The translations under genes were made by a program, and so were the position numbers. From positions 1-10,232 of the forward strand of contig JBFRWI010000212.1 in the NCBI GenBank assembly GCA_051439505.1: a DNA stretch of 10,232 bases, given 5' to 3'. Of the stretch, positions 5,671-10,232 are shown in pieces. The DNA is from Hormoscilla sp. (GTDB taxonomy: Bacteria; Cyanobacteriota; Cyanobacteriia; Cyanobacteriales; Desertifilaceae). Position 1 is the stretch's first letter. Each line of letters opens with the position of its first letter. The notes below the pieces were generated by a model, which saw only the letters and a program-made list of their open reading frames with translations, made no database searches and had not been told where the DNA came from.

Positions 5671-7992
5671 ATGAACAAGCGAGCAATTAAAGTTTTAATC
5701 CTGGAAGACTCGCCAGAAGATGCAGAACTGATGGTGTACGAACTGCGCCGTTGTGGGTTTGAACTCGAATGGCAGCGAGTGGAAAGAAAACAAGACTACG
5801 AACAGGCGATCGCCTCTTCGTCCTTTGACATTATTATCACAGATTATTCCCTGCCGGGGTTTGATGCGAAGTCAGCACTGCAAATATTGCGTTCTCGTTC
5901 CCTGGATATTCCCTCGATCATAGTCAGCGGCACAATTAGCGATGAAGTAGCAGTAGAATGCATGAAGCTGGGGGCAGCAGACTACTTGCTCAAAGATCGG
6001 ATGATCCGACTGCCAAAGGCAATAGAACAGGCGATCGAGGCTTCCGAACTACGGAAGGCCAAGCGACAGGCGGAAATGGCCTTGCAAGAAAGCGAAGCGA
6101 GGTTTCGTCGTTTAGCAGAAAACGCTGCCGATATCATTTATCGACTGCGGGTAGATCCGAATTTAGTATTTGAGTACATCTCGCCAGCCCTAGAAGCAAT
6201 TACAGGTTATTATCCAGGGGAACTATACGCCGATCCGCAACTTTGGCTGGCAATGCTGCACCCAGATGATAGTAAGGGGTGGCAGCAATGGTTAACCACC
6301 AGTCAGATGTTTTCTCAGCAACCCTACGTGGTGCGGATGTTTAGTAAAAATGGGGCTAGTATCTGGTTGGAACTGCGGGAAACACCCATTTACGATCGCA
6401 CGGGAAAGTTGAGTGCGATCGAAGGTATTGCGAGAGATGTCAGCGACAGACAGCAAATCTTGTTAGCCTTACATGAATCAGCGGTTAAATATCGGAAGCT
6501 ATTTGAGTATGCTAATGACTCCATCTTTATCATCGACCCCCAGACTTATCAAATTATAGATGTTAACGAAAACGCTGCTAAGCAATTGGGTTACACGCGA
6601 TCGGAACTACAAAAGTGCAATATCGACCAGATCAGTCCCCCAGACGCCGCCGCCCGCAATGAAATTATTTTTCAAGAATTGCTGAAAAAGGGCAGCGTCC
6701 TTTACGAACAAGTACATCGACATGCAGATGGTAGGTTAATTCCCGTAGAAATTAGTTCCCGGGTGATCGAGTCAGGCGGGAAGCAAGTTTTTCAAAGTTT
6801 TGTTCGCGATATTACCGAACGACAAATATTTATAGATGTCTTGCAAAAGATTAATGAAGAGTTGGAACAGCGCGTAGAAGAACGTACCGCACAGTTGCGA
6901 TCGAGCGAAGAAAAGTTTCGGCAGCTTGCAGAAAATATCCGGCAAGTATTCTGGATGACAACGAGCGATCGCACCCAAATGCTCTACGTATCTCCCGCCT
7001 ATGAAGAAATCTGGGGTCGCAGTTGCTCTAGTTTATACCATGCCCCTGACTCTTGGATAGAGTCAGTCCATCCCGACGATCGCACCTCTGTGGCAGATTT
7101 CATTGCCAAGCAGTGCCAGGGAGAACATATTAGAGAAGAATTTCAGATCGTGCGATCGGACGGTTCAATTCATTGGATCGGCGCTCGCAGCTTTCCCATC
7201 TATAACGAGGAAGGTAAATTTTACCGCATTGCTGGCATTGCCGAGGATATCACCGATCGCAAGCTAGCAGAAGCAGAAATCTATAAAGCTTTAGCAAAAG
7301 AAAAGGAACTGGCCGAACTGCGATCGCGGTTTGTGGCCATGACTTCCCACGAATTTAGAACTCCCTTAAGTACGATATTATCGGCAGCAGAATTGCTGGA
7401 ATATTACAGCCACAAATGGAAGGAAACAGAGAAAAAAGCACAGCTGCATCAGATTAAAACAGCCGTAAAACAGATGACCCAACTATTAGAAGACGTGATG
7501 CTGATTGGCAAGTCGGATACTGGCAAGCTTCCCTTTAATCCCGAATGGGTAGAAGTGAAAGATTTTTGTCAAGTATTGGTAAAGCAATTGCAACTGTCCG
7601 GGCAGCAGCACGAGATCGTATTTAATTGTCAAGAACTGCATAATGAGGTTTATCTGGATAAAAAGCTGCTGCGGCAGATCCTGACTAATTTACTCTCCAA
7701 TGCGATCGAATATTCCCCAGAAGGAGGCGTTGTGTTGCTAGAGATAAACAGAGATGATGAATGGGTAATTTTCGTTATCAGAGACAGTGGCATCGGCATT
7801 CCTGCCAAAGACTTGCCAAACCTGTTTGAAGCATTCTATCGCTGTAGCAATGTCAAGGCGATCGCGGGTACTGGTTTGGGGTTGGCCATCGTCAAAAAGT
7901 TCGTGGATATCCACGGTGGGACGATCGATGTCCAGAGTGCAGAGGGAGAGGGAACTACTTTTACTGTTAAGCTACCAGGGTCTGCTGATTGA
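5671..7992 (+). CDS. Cytoplasmic hybrid sensor histidine kinase: REC-PAS-PAS-PAS-HisKA-HATPase
   Basis: REC: LILEDS, IITDYSLP (phospho-Asp), VSG, DYLLK. Three PAS/PAC units end in GIARDVSDR, FVRDITER and GIAEDITDRK. H box SHEFRTPL, N box NLLSNA, G1 DSGIG, F box, G2 GTGLGL. No evident transmembrane segment. Confidence 0.93.
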   Translation: MNKRAIKVLILEDSPEDAELMVYELRRCGFELEWQRVERKQDYEQAIASSSFDIIITDYSLPGFDAKSALQILRSRSLDIPSIIVSGTISDEVAVECMKLGAADYLLKDRMIRLPKAIEQAIEASELRKAKRQAEMALQESEARFRRLAENAADIIYRLRVDPNLVFEYISPALEAITGYYPGELYADPQLWLAMLHPDDSKGWQQWLTTSQMFSQQPYVVRMFSKNGASIWLELRETPIYDRTGKLSAIEGIARDVSDRQQILLALHESAVKYRKLFEYANDSIFIIDPQTYQIIDVNENAAKQLGYTRSELQKCNIDQISPPDAAARNEIIFQELLKKGSVLYEQVHRHADGRLIPVEISSRVIESGGKQVFQSFVRDITERQIFIDVLQKINEELEQRVEERTAQLRSSEEKFRQLAENIRQVFWMTTSDRTQMLYVSPAYEEIWGRSCSSLYHAPDSWIESVHPDDRTSVADFIAKQCQGEHIREEFQIVRSDGSIHWIGARSFPIYNEEGKFYRIAGIAEDITDRKLAEAEIYKALAKEKELAELRSRFVAMTSHEFRTPLSTILSAAELLEYYSHKWKETEKKAQLHQIKTAVKQMTQLLEDVMLIGKSDTGKLPFNPEWVEVKDFCQVLVKQLQLSGQQHEIVFNCQELHNEVYLDKKLLRQILTNLLSNAIEYSPEGGVVLLEINRDDEWVIFVIRDSGIGIPAKDLPNLFEAFYRCSNVKAIAGTGLGLAIVKKFVDIHGGTIDVQSAEGEGTTFTVKLPGSAD

Positions 7993-8092
7993 AACGATGG
8001 GACTTCGCCCCTGGGAAAGTGAGATGCACCCGTGAGCGAAAAGTTGACGCGGCCATGCTAGGATAGGATAAGCTCTGACAGGAGGAAAGTAA

Positions 8093-8716
8093 TTGTCTGT
8101 ATCTACTAAAACAGAAAGGCAAATAAAGAGCCGACCTCTGGCTGTACCTACTGAACCTGTTTGGCCCTTGACGGTAGAGCAGTATCACCAAATGATTCGA
8201 TCGGGTATCCTGGACTCGGATGATAAGGTGGAACTGCTGGAAGGTTGGTTAATTGCGAAAATGGCTAAAAATCCCCCACATCGCGCTGCTACTAAGTTGA
8301 CTCGAAATGCTTTGGAGGCGATCGCGCCCTATGGTTGGTATGTAGACTCTCAAGCACTCATCACACTAGATGATAGCGAGCCGGAACCAGATATTGTGGT
8401 GGTGGGAGGCGATACCCGGGACTATCTCGATCGCCATCCGGGTGCGCCAGAGGTAGCTTTAGTGGTGGAAGTCTCTGACTCCACCCTGGAACGCGATCGG
8501 ACTTTGAAACAACGCCTCTACGCCCGGGCGGGAATCCCAGTTTATTGGATTGTTAATCTTGTAGAAGGGCAACTTGAGGTTTATACTCAACCGGTAGATC
8601 TGAGTTCGGGACCAATTTATCGACAGCGCCAAGATTACAGTCTCTTGGATGAAGTTTCCGTGGCGATCGGCCCTCGGACTGCGGGTTCGGTTCGGGTGCG
8701 GGACTTGTTCCCATAG
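8093..8716 (+). CDS. Uma2 (DUF820) family PD-(D/E)XK putative endonuclease
   Basis: TVEQYHQM, VELLEG, EPEPDIVVV, LVVEVSDST, DR..K..LYARAGIPVYWIVNL. The TTG start is supported by AGGAGG at 8080-8085, 7 nt upstream. Confidence 0.92.
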   Translation: MSVSTKTERQIKSRPLAVPTEPVWPLTVEQYHQMIRSGILDSDDKVELLEGWLIAKMAKNPPHRAATKLTRNALEAIAPYGWYVDSQALITLDDSEPEPDIVVVGGDTRDYLDRHPGAPEVALVVEVSDSTLERDRTLKQRLYARAGIPVYWIVNLVEGQLEVYTQPVDLSSGPIYRQRQDYSLLDEVSVAIGPRTAGSVRVRDLFP

Positions 8717-8717
8717 G

Positions 8718-8757
8718 GCGATCGCACTAAGGGAGTGGTGCGGTGCGGTGCGATCGC
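8718..8757. repeat. HIP1-based 10-bp inverted repeat just after the Uma2 stop, with (GGTGC)x3
   Basis: GCGATCGCAC (8718-8727) and GTGCGATCGC (8748-8757). GGTGC is repeated three times at 8737-8751. Confidence 0.6.
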
Positions 8758-8767
8758 GAACATCCCG

Positions 8768-8827
8768 GTAGGTGTACGGCATCCGCAAATGCTCGCTAAA
8801 GATGAGAAGGTTTGTATCGCCGTACAC
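8768..8827 (+). repeat. Long-loop GTAG REP-like hairpin
   Basis: GTAG, then GTGTACGGC (8772-8780) pairing perfectly with GCCGTACAC (8819-8827). Further imperfect pairing inside (GCAAAT/GTTTGT) and outside (CATCC 8761 with GGATG 8840). Confidence 0.6.
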
Positions 8828-8922
8828 TGGCCCCATTCCGGATGCAAACTGTGTGACGGTAGAAAAAGGATATAAAGATAAAATAAATATCCCACGATCG
8901 GGAAAAAAAATTATTAAACCCC

Positions 8923-8952
8923 TTGACAAGTTCCACTTCCGTTAGCTATACT
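8923..8952 (+). promoter_or_regulatory. Near-consensus sigma70 promoter
   Basis: TTGACA (8923-8928), 18-nt spacer, TATACT (8947-8952). It is preceded by an A/T-rich UP-like tract (~8903-8918). Confidence 0.7.
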
Positions 8953-8958
8953 TTATTT

Positions 8959-9172
8959 AAGATGAAGGTTGATGGGGGCTTGGAAAATTAACCGTTAACA
9001 AGCCCAAGCGAAACCAGGGATGCCCGGCCCGGACTGCGCAAAAAAGCGCCTCACTTGGGTCAATCAACGGAAACAGGCGCTTTTAGCGTAACTCCGGGTC
9101 AGGTAAATCTCTAACTCGCTCACTTCGACTCCACAAGGAGAGCCCTGTGGTGGGGCTCTCCTGCGTATTTTT
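8959..9172 (+). ncRNA. Candidate structured non-coding RNA of about 210 nt, family not recognised
   Basis: Bounded by the promoter and terminator, with no credible ORF. Stems: 8976-8982/8999-9005, 9026-9033/9093-9100, 9042-9051/9075-9084 and 9136-9145/9153-9162. The start position is inferred. Confidence 0.5.
9136..9172 (+). terminator. Probable intrinsic terminator
   Basis: Perfect 10-bp stem AGGAGAGCCC/GGGCTCTCCT with a 7-nt loop, followed by GCGTATTTTT (U-tract slightly displaced). Confidence 0.55.
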
Positions 9173-9264
9173 AAATAATTTTGATGGTGTTGAAGGGGAG
9201 AGCCCGCTGCAATTACTGAAGATTCGTGAGCACATGATACGGGCGATCGCACCCTGTGTAAGTC

Positions 9265-9297
9265 GTAGGTTGGGTAAGTAGCGGAAACCCAACCTAC
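9265..9297. repeat. GTAG...CTAC REP-like palindrome downstream of the 220-aa gene
   Basis: Perfect 11-bp inverted repeat GTAGGTTGGGT (9265-9275) / ACCCAACCTAC (9287-9297). The left arm is identical to 5363-5373. Confidence 0.75.
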
Positions 9298-9313
9298 AAA
9301 TGCTTTAAAAGAT

Positions 9314-9976
9314 TTATCCTGGAATCGTGAAGCTATAGACTTGACTCCAGGGACCATATTCCTGCTGGCTAGTGACCCAGCGCAACAGATAATGAGTCAT
9401 TTGACCGGCATCAGACACATTATATTTGGCTATGTAGGAACTTGAAGGAGCGGTGGTCAACAGAGTAAACTCATTGAGATCTTTGGAGGATGTACCGCCC
9501 AGCTTCACCCAAACTTCACATGCCATCACTCCCTTGGGTTTACCTCGGCGCAGGGGATGTTGCTCGTCAGCAATATGGATGACATGCTCGAAGCTACGAC
9601 TCAGATCTGCTCGCATTATGGGTGCAGTTTGAGGCACGCCACTAGGGGTGCGGTTCGGGTCTGGCACCGGAAGGTCAAAATCAACTCTGTCGGCGTTAGT
9701 CACTAGGGGGTGATTCTGGAACCGTTGAGCCACACTCCGCAGGGAAGTTTCTAAAGTTTTGCGGGCAGCTTTTGCAGATTGGCGGGTTTGCTGTAAAGAT
9801 GCTTGCTGATCCATCTGAGTGTCATAGAGAGTTTGCCATTGAGTGAGCATGTTGGCTAGTCCAGTAATTTCCTCAGGGGTTAATCCGAATTGAGCTCCTT
9901 TTTCATTCGTCTTCTGGACAAAATGAGCCGCCCAAAGGCCAAATTGCTCGTTACCGCTAGGTATATAGTCTGCCAT
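9314..9976 (-). CDS. Hypothetical protein, 220 aa: helical N-terminal region and a probable beta-rich (FN3-like) C-terminal domain
   Basis: ATG start and protein-like composition. Motifs DYIP...F..W, a Q/A-rich helical stretch, a Pro-rich linker, KPKG...EVW and Y.LRW......GPWS. Confidence 0.8.
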   Translation of the reverse strand: MADYIPSGNEQFGLWAAHFVQKTNEKGAQFGLTPEEITGLANMLTQWQTLYDTQMDQQASLQQTRQSAKAARKTLETSLRSVAQRFQNHPLVTNADRVDFDLPVPDPNRTPSGVPQTAPIMRADLSRSFEHVIHIADEQHPLRRGKPKGVMACEVWVKLGGTSSKDLNEFTLLTTAPSSSYIAKYNVSDAGQMTHYLLRWVTSQQEYGPWSQVYSFTIPG

Positions 9977-10028
9977 GATTGAAAAAAATTTCCTAATTGC
10001 TGTGGATACTTCTATGGTATGCTTTGGA

Positions 10029-10232
10029 GTAGGTAGAGGGTGTGGTCAAAACCCGTCGATCCTTCGGGCGACCCCAATACTTCCTAGGTTTTGGATATAG
10101 GTTGTCATTGGGAGGGGGGGAACCGCGATCACATTATATGAAATTGAGTTAACCCCCCCGAAGCAATCTCCCTGCTCCCTGTTCCCGGGGTGTGGTCATA
10201 AGTAGTTGGAGAGGATCCCCCCCAAACCCCCC
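10029..10232. mobile_element. Composite/nested miniature repeat element, copy B, truncated by the window end
   Basis: GTAGGTAGAG (10029), GGGTGTGGTCA (10038 and 10188), CAATACTTC (10075), GTCATTGGGAG...CGAAGCAATCTC (10104-10170), CCTGCTC-CCTGTTC heptamers (10171-10184). 10213-10232 is an exact 20-bp reverse complement of 5521-5540. Confidence 0.7.

Noticed and set aside
8044..8069. Promoter for Uma2 (TTGACG with TAGGAT)
   Set aside because: Spacers of 9 or 14 nt are wrong. Only a weak extended -10 (TGCTAGGAT) remains.
8970..9040. IscB omega/HEARO RNA, c-di-GMP riboswitch or Yfr2
   Set aside because: Only short fragments resemble these (GGGGCTTG..AAGCCC, a single GGAAAC), and no iscB/tnpB or regulated gene follows. 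A cmscan would be needed to exclude them fully.
9020..9091. 23-aa ORF MPGPDCAKKRLTWVNQRKQALLA inside the candidate RNA
   Set aside because: It is buried in a stable stem, lacks a well-spaced RBS and is not hydrophobic like a type I toxin. It cannot be excluded without Ribo-seq.
9026..9100. SRP RNA (ffs), because of the rod-like hairpin
   Set aside because: It lacks the conserved helix-8 CAGG / GNRA / AGCAG motif.
8459..9357. Minus-strand ORFs 8459-8929, 8635-8895, 9064-9357 and 9083-9292
   Set aside because: They overlap Uma2, repeats or the structured region and have no motifs or RBS.

Overview
Cyanobacterial chromosomal DNA: I count about 43 CGATCG cores and at least 10 full HIP1 GCGATCGC octamers by eye, and the repeat types suggest a filamentous strain. 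The left third is one large minus-strand gene missing from the ORF track because it runs off the window (3265 to <1, at least 1088 codons). It encodes an acidic phosphate-scavenging-type protein with the C-terminal half of an EEP nuclease, a phytase-like domain and a PhoA-type 5'-nucleotidase. Its 5' end is a frameshifted chimera of two EEP domains, and its nucleotidase has lost key catalytic residues. Divergently transcribed are a histidine phosphatase, glucokinase (glk, with a 24-bp in-frame insertion in a HIP1-like site), a REC-PAS3 hybrid histidine kinase and a Uma2 endonuclease. Next come a near-consensus sigma70 promoter, about 210 nt of strongly structured non-coding sequence with a terminator (candidate unidentified ncRNA), and a convergent 220-aa hypothetical gene. 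The spacers hold GTAG-type REP-like hairpins, heptamer repeats and two related composite miniature elements. No CRISPR array, tRNA, rRNA or transposase was seen. All family assignments come from motif recognition; no searches were run.
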